Assembly: GCA_046563655.1 (NCBI GenBank)
Contig: CM102283.1
Coordinates: forward strand, 3,472,001-3,536,000
DNA from: Yuukianura sp. NJ FZ-2021
Taxonomy: Eukaryota
Direction: 5' to 3'
Length of the DNA: 64,000 bases
Shown: one piece after another, positions 50,401 through 62,700 of the stretch
Position numbering within the stretch: position 1 is the first letter of the stretch
Layout: each line of letters starts with the position of its first letter
Position numbers and translations under genes: made by a program
Notes under the pieces: model-generated
What the model was told of the DNA's origin: nothing
The model's input: the letters and a program-made list of their open reading frames with translations, nothing else
Databases searched by the model: none

Positions 50401-53400
50401 GGTAGAGTACGCGTGAATTTTCGGCAAGGCAAATATATCCAAAAGTTGAATTTCAGCTGAATTTTTCAAAATTCCAATTCCTCAAAAAGTAAGTGTACAA
50501 GTGAACTTTTCAAAATTCTGTCACGTCAAAAAGTTAGAGAACAGGTGAATTTTTCACGAGACCAACATTTTGAGACGGTAGAGTACGCGTGAATTTTCGG
50601 CAAGGCAAATATATCCAAAAGTTGAATTTCAGCTGAATTTTTCAAAATTCCAATTCCTCAAAAAGTAAGTGTACAAGTGAATTTTTCAAAATTCTGTCAC
50701 GTCAAAAAGTTAGAGAACAGGTGAATTTTTCACGAGGCCAACATTTTGAGACGGTAGAGTACGCGTGAATTTTCGGCAAGGCAAATATATCCAAAAGTTG
50801 AATTTCAGCTGAATTTTTCAAAATTCCAATTCCTCAAAAAGTAAGTGTACAAGTGAATTTTTCAAAATTCTGTCACGTCAAAAAGTTAGAGAACAGGTGA
50901 ATTTTTCACGAGGCCGACATTTTGAGACGGTAGAGTACGCGTGAATTTTCGGCAAGGCAAATATATCCAAAAGTTGAATTTCAGCTGAATTTTTCAAAAT
51001 TCCAATTCCTCAAAAAGTAAGTGTACAACTGAATTTTTCAAAATTCTGTCACGTCAAAAAGTTAGAGAACAGGTGAATTTTTCACGAGGCCAACATTTTG
51101 AGACGGTAGAGTACGCGTGAATTTTCGGCAAGGCAAATATATCCAAAAGTTGAATTTCAGCTGAATTTTTCAAAATTCCAATTCCTCAAAAAGTAAGTGT
51201 ACAAGTGAATTTTTCAAAATTCTGTCACGTCAAAAAGTTAGAGAACAGGTGAATTTTTCACGAGGCCGACATTTTGAGACGGTAGAGTACGCGTGAATTT
51301 TCGGCAAGGCATATATATCCAAAAGTTGAATTTCAGCTGAATTTTTCAAAATTCCAATTCCTCAAAAAGTAAGTGTACAAGTGAATTTTTCAAAATTCTG
51401 TCACGTCAAAAAGTTAGAGAACAGGTGAATTTTTCACGAGGCCAACATTTTGAGACGGTAGAGTACGCGTGAATTTTCGGCAAGGCAAATATATCCAAAA
51501 TTTGAATTTCAGCTGAATTTTTCAAAATTCCAATTCCTCAAAAAGTAAGTGTGCAACTGAATTTTTCAAAATTCTGTCACGTCAAAAAGTTAGAGAACAG
51601 GTGAATTTTTCACGAGGCCAACATTTTGAGACAGTAGAGTACGCGTGAATTTTCGGCAAGGCAAATATATCCAAAAGTTGAATTTCAGCTGAATTTTTCA
51701 AAATTCCAATTCCTCAAAAAGTAAGTGTACAACTGAATTTTTCAAAATTCTGTCACGTCAAAAAGTTAGAGAACAGGTCAATTTTTCACGAGACCAACAT
51801 TTCGAGAGGGTAGAGTACGCGTGAATTTTCGGCAAGGCAAATATATCCAAAAGTTGAATTTCAGCTGAATTTTTCAAAATTCCAATTCCTCAAAAAGTAA
51901 GTGTACAAGTGAATTTTTCAAAATTCTGTCACGTCAAAAAGTTAGAGAACAGGTGAATTTTTCACAAGGCCGACATTTTGAGACGGTAGAGTACGCGTGA
52001 ATTTTCGGCAAGGCAAATATATCCAAAAGTTGAATTTCAGCTGAATTTTTCAAAATTCCAATTCCTCAAAAAGTAAGTGTACAAGTGAATTTTTCAAAAT
52101 TCTGTCACGTCAAAAAGTTAGAGAACAGGTGAATTTTTCACGAGGCCAACATTTTGAGACGGTAGAGTACGCGTGAATTTTCGGCAAGGCAAATATATCC
52201 AAAAGTTGAATTTCAGCTGAATTTTTCAAAATTCCAATTCCTCAAAAAGTAAGTGTACAAGTGAATTTTTCAAAATTCTGTCACGTCAAAAAGTTAGAGA
52301 ACAGGTGAATTTTTCACGAGGCCAACATTTTGAGACGGTAGAGTACGCGTGAATTTTCGGCAAGGCAAATATATCCAAAAGTTGAATTTCAGCTGAATTT
52401 TTCAAAATTCCAATTCCTCAAAAAGTAAGTGTACAACTGAATTTTTCAAAATTCTGTCACGTCAAAAAGTTAGAGAACAGGTGAATTTTTCACGAGGCCG
52501 ACATTTTGAGACGGTAGAGTACGCGTGAATTTTCGGCAAGGCAAATATATCCAAAAGTTGAATTTCAGCTGAATTTTTCAAAATTCCAATTCCTCAAAAA
52601 GTAAGTGTACAAGTGAATTTTTCAAAATTCTGTCACGTCAAAAAGTTAGAGAACAGGTGAATTTTTCACGAGGCCAACATTTTGAGACGGTAGAGTACGC
52701 GTGAATTTTCGGCAAGGCAAATATATCCAAAAGTTGTATTTCAGCTGAATTTTTCAAAATTCCAATTCCTCAAAAAGTAAGTGTACAAGTGAATTTTTCA
52801 AAATTCTGTCACGTCAAAAAGTTAGAGAACAGGTGAATTTTTCACGAGACCAACATTTCGAGACGGTAGAGTACGCGTGAATTTTCGGCAAGGCAAATAT
52901 ATCCAAAAGTTGAATTTCAGCTGAATTTTTCAAAATTCCAATTCCTCAAAAAGTAAGTGTACAACTGAACTTTTCAAAATTCTGTCACGTCAAAAAGTTA
53001 GAGAACAGGTGAATTTTTCACGAGACCAACATTTCGAGACGGTAGAGTACGCGTGAATTTTCGGCAAGGCAAATATATCCAAAAGTTGAATTTCAGCTGA
53101 ATTTTTCAAAATTCCAATTCCTCAAAAAGTAAGTGTACAAGTGAATTTTTCAAAATTCTGTCACGTCAAAAAGTTAGAGAACAGGTGAATTTTTCACGAG
53201 GCCAACATTTTGAGACGGTAGAGTACGCGTGAATTTTCGGCAAGGCAAATATATCCAAAAGTTGAATTTCAGCTGAATTTTTCAAAATTCCAATTCCTCA
53301 AAAAGTAAGTGTACAAGTGAATTTTTCAAAATTCTGTCACGTCAAAAAGTTAGAGAACAGGTGAATTTTTCACGAGGCCAACATTTTGAGACGGTAGAGT

Positions 53401-56280
53401 ACGCGTGAATTTTCGGCAAGGCAAATATATCCAAAAGTTGAATTTCAGCTGAATTTTTCAAAATTCCAATTCCTCAAAAAGTAAGTGTACAACTGAATTT
53501 TTCAAAATTCTGTCACGTCAAAAAGTTAGAGAACAGGTGAATTTTTCACGAGGCCGACATTTTGAGACGGTAGAGTACGCGTGAATTTTCGGCAAGGCAT
53601 ATATATCCAAAAGTTGAATTTCAGCTGAATTTTTCAAAATTCCAATTCCTCAAAAAGTAAGTGTACAAGTGAATTTTTCAAAATTCTGTCACGTCAAAAA
53701 GTTAGAGAACAGGTGAATTTTTCACGAGGCCAACATTTTGAGACGGTAGAGTACGCGTGAATTTTCGGCAAGGCAAATATATCCAAAAGTTGAATTTCAG
53801 CTGAATTTTTCAAAATTCCAATTCCTCAAAAAGTAAGTGTACAAGTGAATTTTTCAAAATTCTGTCACGTCAAAAAGTTAGAGAACAGGTGAATTTTTCA
53901 CGAGGCCAACATTTTGAGACGGTAGAGTACGCGTGAATTTTCGGCAAGGCAAATATATCCAAAAGTTGAATTTCAGCTGAATTTTTCAAAATTCCAATTC
54001 CTCAAAAAGTAAGTGTACAAGTGAATTTTTCAAAATTCTGTCACGTCAAAAAGTTAGAGAACAGGTGAATTTTTCACGAGGCCAACATTTTGAGACGGTA
54101 GAGTACGCGTGAATTTTCGGCAAGGCAAATATATCCAAAAGTTGAATTTCAGCTGAATTTTTCAAAATTCCAATTCCTCAAAAAGTAAGTGTACAAGTGA
54201 ATTTTTCAAAATTCTGTCACGTCAAAAAGTTAGAGAACAGGTGAATTTTTCACGAGGCCAACATTTTGAGACGGTAGAGTACGCGTGAATTTTCGGCAAG
54301 GCAAATATATCCAAAAGTTGAATTTCAGCTGAATTTTTCAAAATTCCAATTCCTCAAAAAGTAAGTGTACAAGTGAATTTTTCAAAATTCTGTCACGTCA
54401 AAAAGTTAGAGAACAGGTGAATTTTTCACGAGGCCAACATTTTGAGACAGTAGAGTACGCGTGAATTTTCGGCAAGGCAAATATATCCAAAAGTTGAATT
54501 TCAGCTGAATGTTTCAAAATTCCAATTCCTCAAAAAGTAAGTGTACAAGTGAATTTTTCAAAATTCTGTCACGTCAAAAAGTTAGAGAACAGGTGAATTT
54601 TTCACGAGGCCAACATTTTGAGACGGTAGAGTACGCGTGAATTTTCGGCAAGGCAAATATATCCAAAAGTTGAATTTCAGCTGAATTTTTCAAAATTCCA
54701 ATTCCTCAAAAAGTAAGTGTACAAGTGAATTTTTCAAAATTCTGTCACGTCAAAAAGTTAGAGAACAGGTGAATTTTTCACGAGGCCAACATTTTGAGAC
54801 GGTAGAGTACGCGTGAATTTTCGGCAAGGCAAATATATCCAAAAGTTGAATTTCAGCTGAATTTTTCAAAATTCCAATTCCTCAAAAAGTAAGTGTACAA
54901 GTGAATTTTTCAAAATTCTGTCACGTCAAAAAGTTAGAGAACAGGTGAATTTTTCACGAGGCCAACATTTTGAGACGGTAGAGTACGCGTGAATTTTCGG
55001 CAAGGCAAATATATCCAAAAGTTGAATTTCAGCTGAATTTTTCAAAATTCCAATTCCTCAAAAAGTAAGTGTACAAGTGAATTTTTCAAAATTCTGTCAC
55101 GTCAAAAAGTTAGAGAACAGGTGAATTTTTCACGAGGCCAACATTTTGAGACGGTAGAGTACGCGTGAATTTTCGGCAAGGCAAATATATCCAAAAGTTG
55201 AATTTCAGCTGAATTTTTCAAAATTCCAATTCCTCAAAAAGTAAGTGTACAAGTGAATTTTTCAAAATTCTGTCACGTCAAAAAGTTAGAGAACAGGTGA
55301 ATTTTTCACGAGGCCGACATTTTGAGACGGTAGAGTACGCGTGAATTTTCGGCAAGGCAAATATATCCAAAAGTTGAATTTCAGCTGAATTTTTCAAAAT
55401 TCCAATTCCTCAAAAAGTAAGTGTACAAGTGAATTTTTCAAAATTCTGTCACGTCAAAAAGTTAGAGAACAGGTGAATTTTTCACGAGGCCAACATTTTG
55501 AGACGGTAGAGTACGCGTGAATTTTCGGCAAGGCAAATATATCCAAAAGTTGAATTTCAGCTGAATTTTTCAAAATTCCAATTCCTCAAAAAGTAAGTGT
55601 ACAAGTGAACTTTTCAAAATTCTGTCACGTCAAAAAGTTAGAGAACAGGTGAATTTTTCACGAGACCAACATTTCGAAAAGGTAGAGTACGCGTGAATTT
55701 TCGGCAAGGCAAATATATCCAAAAGTTGAATTTCAGCTGAATTTTTCAAAATTCCAATTCCTCAAAAAGTAAGTGTACAAGTGAATTTTTCAAAATTCTG
55801 TCACGTCAAAAAGTTAGAGAACAGGTGAATTTTTCACGAGGCCAACATTTTGAGACGGTAGAGTACGCGTGAATTTTCGGCAAGGCAAATATATCCAAAA
55901 GTTGAATTTCAGCTGAATTTTTCAAAATTCCAATTCCTCAAAAAGTAAGTGTACAACCAAGGTAAATAGAATACTACTAGGTAGTGCGGATAGAAAGTTT
56001 GTTTGGTTGCCATGTGAAAAAAAATGACGTCACCCGCTGAAAAATACCGGAATTCTGCGTATTAATGATGGTGTCCTATAGAAACCCGCAACCCGCATCT
56101 TGTTTACATAGATGCCAGGGGGTTAAAATATCACGATTACGGTATTTTTTCAGCTGGTGACGTCACAAACAAAAAATTGCGTTGGTTGCTAATGGTGCTG
56201 ATTGCAGGGGGCTGGTGTACAACTGAATTTTTCAAAATTCTGTCACGTCAAAAAGTTACAGAACAGGTGAATTTTTCACG
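41406..56280. repeat. 176-bp tandem satellite array (~83 units, ~14.9 kb), each unit four diverged 44-bp subunits
   Basis: GTAGAGTACGCGTG recurs at 41425, 41601, 41777 and so on (period 176; one 177-bp unit near 45555). Units differ at only a few recurrent positions. The final unit is interrupted at 55958-56214. Confidence 0.99.
55958..56214. mobile_element. 257-bp insertion in the terminal satellite unit with 9-bp direct repeat (TSD) and internal inverted repeat
   Basis: GTGTACAAC flanks both sides (55949-55957, 56215-56223) and the satellite resumes in register. Inverted arms TGACGTCACCCGCTGAAAAATACCG (56025-56049) / CGGTATTTTTTCAGCTGGTGACGTCA (56140-56165). Confidence 0.85.
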
Positions 56281-56405
56281 ATCTATAGATAGATGATAGT
56301 TTTCTTTCAGTTTCGACGTCGCCCAAACGGTGTGTATACAATGCACAATTCCGAAAGGAATTTGTGCAGCGCATACAAACCATTTGTATATTTTCACACA
56401 AGTTG

Positions 56406-57089
56406 CACATTATAGTTTTATTTTTAATGTTTGACCCTTTGTTTACTGTGAACAAATTGTGTTGCTAATAGCAATTTCGATAACTGAACACAAATGTACG
56501 GAACCAATCGAACAGCATAAAAGTTGTTTCTATTCCTCATCTGAAGTTGAGTCTAATGGTGAATCCCTTCCAATTTCAATGATAATGTGCTTCCTAATTC
56601 TTACCACTATTTACTTTTAGGGCATCCAAGTTCGGACACTTTTCAACAAGTTCGAACTTCGAACTCAAAGCACTTTGCTGTCAGTTAAACTCCGCGTATT
56701 TCCTGCTTTTCTTTTTACATTCCGGATCACTCTCGGCGACATTTAGAACGTACATTCGGTCTCCTTGCATTTTGCCACCGCCACAAAAACTAATTTCTAT
56801 AAAAAAAAAATTGTATCTCCACGAATGAATATTTCCAGACTTTAAATTAATTGAATGGGTCCTTAAAATTTTGCCACCTTTTAATCCAGATTTTTTTAAA
56901 TCCAGATATAATGTATGTGGAGATATTTTTAGCGCAAATAATTCTATCCTGGATTGCTGGAGATATTATTTAATAATTAAATATAATTACGGCAACAAAA
57001 ATTCCGTTTCATATCCCCTGTAACTGAATTTTAAATGGAAAAAGAAAATCAACAAAGGGTCAAACATTAAAAATTGAACTATAAATGTG
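56406..57089. mobile_element. Inverted-repeat-bounded segment (probable MITE remnant)
   Basis: CACATTATAGTTTTATTTTTAATGTTTGACCCTTTGTT (56406-56443) is the near reverse complement of AACAAAGGGTCAAACATTAAAAATTGAACTATAAATGTG (57051-57089). Confidence 0.65.
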
Positions 57090-57145
57090 AAGGTCTTCAT
57101 TTGTGAAAAAAACAACGAATTTAAAACGTTTTATATCGTTATTAA

Positions 57146-57718
57146 GGACGTGTGCTATGCGTCTAATTAACAGCAGTTGTTAAATTTAGTTACCACGATA
57201 ACCGAACTTGTGTAGTTAGTAAAAGTTGCAGACATCGACAAAAAGAAACACTCATCTGAAAAACGATCAGTGCAAAGATGGTCAAAAAAGTATGAACTTT
57301 CAAACAAACAAAATACTGACTCAAGTTCGGTTGCCGTCGTTTGGGTTTTGTAAATAAGTTTTCTGAAACTGCGACATTGAAAATGAAAAATCGTGGAGAT
57401 CAGCGTAGAAAGGTCGTACAATGACCCACAATATATCAAACTTTAGGAAAAGACCTGATCTAGTATCCTGTTGAAAAAAATTACAAAATTTTAGTTCTAA
57501 CTGTGAAAAAATTTGACCCAAACATTCCACCTCCATATTTACATAGATAGAACTAAAATTTTGTAATTTTTTTTCAACAGGATACTAGATCAGGTCTTTT
57601 TCTAAAGTTTGATATATTGTGGGTCATTGTACGACATTCCTACTCTGATCCAGACCATTTTTCATTTGACGAGTTACAGCCCCATTTTGACCCCCCGTTT
57701 CCAGGGTGTTCGTACACC
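57146..57718. mobile_element. Putative TTAA-flanked non-autonomous element containing a long palindrome (57381-57667)
   Basis: TTAA|GG...CC|TTAA ends, ~120-bp near-perfect inverted arms around a ~48-bp loop, and GACCCCCCGTT near the right end as in 24666-24951. Confidence 0.6.
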
Positions 57719-59616
57719 TTAAATGGGCCGGAGAATATACAAACAAACAAATGGCGCTGGGCCGGTTTGGCAACGCTTATCCGAAACCATCCTTTCTTTT
57801 TGAATTTAGTGCGACATTTTTGGTTAAAACAACCAAAGTCGTGTTGTTTTGAAAGCAGAAGATTCTGTTTGGAAAAAAAGTGGAGAGGGGGTTGACTTTT
57901 CGGCTGATTTATTTTGGCTGTCTTTGTTTTTTCTGCGATTCTGCGGAAGAGTGAGGGCTGAGGGCTCCCCTTTGTCTATTGATTGAATGGTGTCAAGAGG
58001 GGAGGTTTTTAGGTTGGATTGCTCCGCAAAAGTAAATGATTTCTAGGGCTTTTTTTCTCCCGGGGTTTTTCATAGTCTTCGGTTTTTTGGTGGACTAAAA
58101 GTCATTATCTTCTGCATTGACTTTTTTTTTTGTAAAGAAGCAACTCTTGAAGAAGTCCCTTGAGCACGTTTTGCTCTCCTTTTGTTTTTAAGGTTTCAGG
58201 TTAGTTTTAGCCTTAACAAAAAACGGAGAGAACCAAAGACTATCTATTTTGTACAAAACCTGAAAGCTTGAACCCTGACATTCTCCGCCTTTTCTTCCTT
58301 GGGAGCTGCACTAATGAGTCCCACCAAAACTGTCTATCAAGAAAAGTGGGTGGGGCAGGTCGAAAGGTGGTGGTGGGGCAGGAGCAAGGTGGGGCACACA
58401 CTTCACTGTCTCTAGAACTTTTCTTAATCAATCTTATCCTAAAGTAAGAGCATCAGATAGTAATTTGGGAACGGCGTTTCTTAATTGGAGCATCCCAAAA
58501 AGTTAATACTGAGAAAAGTCACGTTGTTTTTCAAATTTTTCAAGGCAAAACTTTCTTTGAGTTTCAAAAAGTGCGGAAATGAAAAGATCAGCGGAGCAAA
58601 ATTTCGAAAATTTTGACTGTTTTTTTTTAAGTTGTAGAGAATCGTGAGATTTTTTCGATCGGTGAACATCATTAAGTTAGGGTAGGAGAAATGTTAGGTT
58701 AAAAAACGTAAAAGTGGAGCGGTGAGTTGAAAAAGTAAAAAAAAAGTTGGATTAGACAATGGATCAATAATCGGTTTCCCATAAAAATTTTTTCTTTGAG
58801 TGGATTCTCATGTGAAAAAAGGAAAAAAAAGAATTGAAAAGTTTGCATATAAAAAAAGTTGATTAACTTCCGTGCTTTCTCTTCTCCATTTTCACTACTT
58901 TTCTACTTTTCCCATTTCCCTATGTTTTTATGTCACTTTTTTATTTTCAGAGTTCAATAAAAGTCAATTTTAAAAGAAGACCAAGTTAGGGGGAAGCATT
59001 AAATTTTTTTAGGGCGGGAAACGGAATTGACTTTATTGAATTTTCTCTTTTGTCCAAATGTCTTTTTATTGAAAAAACGAAAAGACTGTTTAACGATTCT
59101 GATTTTGGGTGGTTTGAGTTACATTTCCGAGTTATCTGAGTATTAGAGTATCTCAATTTGATTGGTATCTGTTTTTAGTAAGAGTGAAAGCCCTGTCAGG
59201 GTTTGTGATGGCTCATTGCTCCTCATGTGATCGCTTTTTTTCTGAGTTAGGCTGCGTTAGGCTAAAAGTGGGAGGAGGATATTATGGATAGAAAATCCAA
59301 TTGAACATGACAGGCAGGAGGAAGAAGCTCTTGGGAAAGGTGGATTTTTTTGAAGTGGAGAGACGGAGAAAATAGTTATCCAATATCGATATTTTTTTTT
59401 TTGGGAACGGGAGCGGCGTTCGAACTGGGAACCTTGGGATATGAGGGAAAGAACTTAATAAATTATTCACTAATCGCTCACCTTCCACCATGCAATTCAT
59501 CCATAATGGCTCTTACCTTTTCCCGCTCCTCTTCAATTCAAAAGTTTCTACCTATTCATTTTTTTTTGCTTTGGTTGGGCAGAACTAAGCACGAACTTGG
59601 ACTAGAGCGGAAGTTA

Positions 59617-59732
59617 CCGTAAAACTTCTAATAAAAGCGCGGACTCTTATTTAGTTTTCGCTTTTCATGATGCGGTGCGGTATTGGAGACCAGGCTTTTA
59701 TTGGGAGCCGGCTTTTATTAGAAGTTTTAGGG
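59617..59732. mobile_element. Tc1/mariner(pogo)-type MITE
   Basis: TA|CCGTAAAACTTCTAATAAAAGC ... GCTTTTATTAGAAGTTTTAGGG|TA: 22-bp TIRs with one mismatch and a TA TSD. Confidence 0.85.
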
Positions 59733-62700
59733 TAATGGATTTTTGGCTTTTACTGGATAAGCTTAGGAAAAGGGAGTGAAAGCAGAGAAAATAAAGTAAT
59801 TTTGGATAAAAGAAATCGGAGGGAAAGCTTTTGTCTCCTTCCTTGTGAATAATGAAACTTTTTCTGTTTTTTTTTTTGTGGTTTAGGCTTGAGTCAATGG
59901 ACTTTATAGAAAAAAAGTTTTGAGAAAAGAATTTTTTGGTTTTCGGTTTTGTAAAGAAAAAAAAAGTTGTGTAAAGTTTGAACTTTGCGAAGAAGCTGAT
60001 TGGATTTGTTTTGCTATTGGAAATTGTGTTGTCCTAAAATGGAATTTTTGGACACTAGAAAGTTAGGTGGGTGACACATAAAAAATTCAGAAGAAAATTT
60101 TTTTCCTTTGCTTTGTTGAACCATGAACGTTTTGGTTAAAATTTGAACGAAGTTGTATGACTCAAAAATCACTGAAAATTGGGAAAAATTCTTCCGAAAT
60201 TTTGAAATTGCGTGGTTGACTTGATGTCTAAAATTAGAAAACGAAAACACCAAACAAAAAAGAAAGAAAGAAAAAAGAAAACCCTAACATTTGGAGAAAG
60301 TATTTCTTTTTTCCAAGAAATTTTGTTGTTTTGTAGTTTTGAGGAGAAAGTCCGTGGGAAAGTCTTGAATTTTCTAAAGGGTTTGACGTCAATGTTGTTT
60401 TTGGTCGAAAAACTGAAAACAATCTTTAGAAATGAGGAAGCGCGGGAAAAAGTGAAATCTGTTTTGATGAAAATGAAAGTTTAGAGAACCGTGCAACTGC
60501 GTGGGGAGGAAAGAAATGAGAAAAATGGAAAGCTTATTATTGCTTGTCTTCTTTCTCCGGCGGAGTGTTGATTTCATCTGGGTCGGATTAAAATTTTGTT
60601 TCATTTTCACTATCTTAAGCCTTTGAAGTTTGTACAGGATTATTTTCATTTTTTCAACTATTTTCATTTTTTCGAAACTTCGTTTTCATTTTTTCAAGTT
60701 TACTTGGAGAGAGGAAACAGAGCCTTTTACATTAAATTAAAAATGCAAAGAAACTTTTTTGTTTTTTTTTCTGTTTCCCCCCAGCTTTTCCTGTTTTCAT
60801 TTTTTTTTAGCTTTTTCTTTTCAAATGTAATTTTTTGGAAGTGTAATGGAAGAATGAAGTTGGATTTTTTATTCTTAATTTTATAATAAGGAAATGTTAG
60901 AAAAGCGACGACGGAAGGAAGCTCATCTTCTTTTTGAAAATCCTTTGGGGGAAATGGAGTCAAAGTAAACTTTTTGTTCTGCTTTTCACTTTTTTTTACG
61001 TTGAAAAGGAAAAGTTTCTTTTTTGGTTGGGCAGTTGCATTATTTTTCTGGTGTAGAAAGCTGCTGCTATTTCTTGAAATGGAGTTTTTGAAGGAGGAAA
61101 AAGTTGGAAGGTCGCAGTGTCTGAAATTGGAATGAATGGAACTGCGAGACTGCATTTCGCTACGTGATGTTTCTTTTTCTAGTTTTTACTTTCACTTTTT
61201 CAAAGAAATAAGAGAAAGGTGTGTTGAAGATGAAGTTTTATGAGGAAAATGGGCCGTGTTTCAATTTTTGCACGACCAACTTTCAGCTTGGTTTATGTCT
61301 TCAACAGTCCATTTTCGAGTAAGAGAGAGTAATGCACTTTTTTTTTTAAAATTCAATTTTGTCTTTTGATTTTTTCAAAAAAATGTAATTCGTTGAGGCT
61401 TTTTTTACTTTTTGTTTTGTAAATTTTTGAGTGTGAGAAATCCAAAAATGGTTGACTGAAAATGAACTTTTTTGAGTGACAGTTGCATTTATCTTGGACT
61501 GAATTTTTTTAGTTTTCTCCCTCACTTGAGTGCAGTAGAGAGGAATATTTTCATTTTGAGAAAAGAAAAGAGGGAAAAGTAGAATTGAAATGGAGAAGAT
61601 GAAATTTTTTTCTTTTTTGAAAAGTCTAAATGAAAATGAAGCGAAAGCACAAAACAGTATTCCCTTGTGGGGCACTTTTTTAAAAAATGGAAAACGAAAA
61701 TAAGAAAAGACAGATAGAGAATCTCCCTTGTGCTGCTAAAAGTAGTGGCACTGGAATTTAGCCTGGTACCGTAAAGTTTCAAATAATCGTCCCAAAAAAT
61801 TCAACTTTGACATCAACATTTTGAAATTCTTGGCTTTTCTTTTACTTTTGATTTGCGACGTGCAAAAAATGGTTATTGGAAGTCGAATTTCTTTCCTTCG
61901 CTCGTACTGTGGATTTGGAAAAAAAAAGTTATTAAATTTTTTTTCTGTCCAAGTAATTTTGTATAAGTTCCAATTCCATTTCGAATCTGCTTTGAGTCGC
62001 ATTTTGTTCACAGGGGAAAGCTCATGGCGGGAAAACGTAATTGGAAATTTTGGATAATAGAACCCATGTCGACGCAAGAAGTAACAAAAGTTATGGGGAT
62101 TTTCTCTTCTTTTGCATTTTACGTTAGGTTTTCACTTTTTACTTTAGGTTTTGGGTTTTTAGGTTAGGCTAGGGATTTTGTAGACGACTTTTGAGAAGAA
62201 TTATGAATAAGAAAGAGGCAGGGAAAATGAAAACTGTCAGGTGAGTTTTATTGGAAACGAGAAGCAGGAGGTGGGAAAATTCAAAAATTGTGTTCCCGCC
62301 ATGGAAAGTTCAAAAAATTTGTGTTTTCCCGCCATTTTCGTTTTTAGCCTTCCTGTATGTTTATTGTGGGATGATACTTGTGGGAGTTCTTACTGTTGAG
62401 AGCTTAGTTTCCAGTTAATAATTTTGGGGCTCTTTTTGTTTGTTTATTTTTTCATTTTGAAGCATAAGCCTCCCGCTCGCGCTGCGGGAGCGAGAGGAGA
62501 GTAGATTTATAGGGATGAATCTGTCACTTTTTTAGAATATGGGAACAAAAGGGAGAAGGGTTTATGGGTCCATAAATGGGGGAGAAAGTTTGGGCTAAAA
62601 ATGTTATGGCGGGAGAGCACAAATTTTCAAAATAAAAATATACGTTTTTGGTGGTGAAATTTTTCAAGCAAAAAAAGAAACAAGCAGAGCAGAGACCACG

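Noticed and set aside
41406-55957. CRISPR-like array (constant TGAATTTT head plus variable tail every 44 bp)
   Set aside because: The four tails repeat identically every 176 bp instead of being unique spacers, the context is eukaryotic and there are no cas genes; it is a satellite.
61769-62056. Third TACCGTAAA-type MITE
   Set aside because: The left end matches the family but the right TIR is too degenerate to support.
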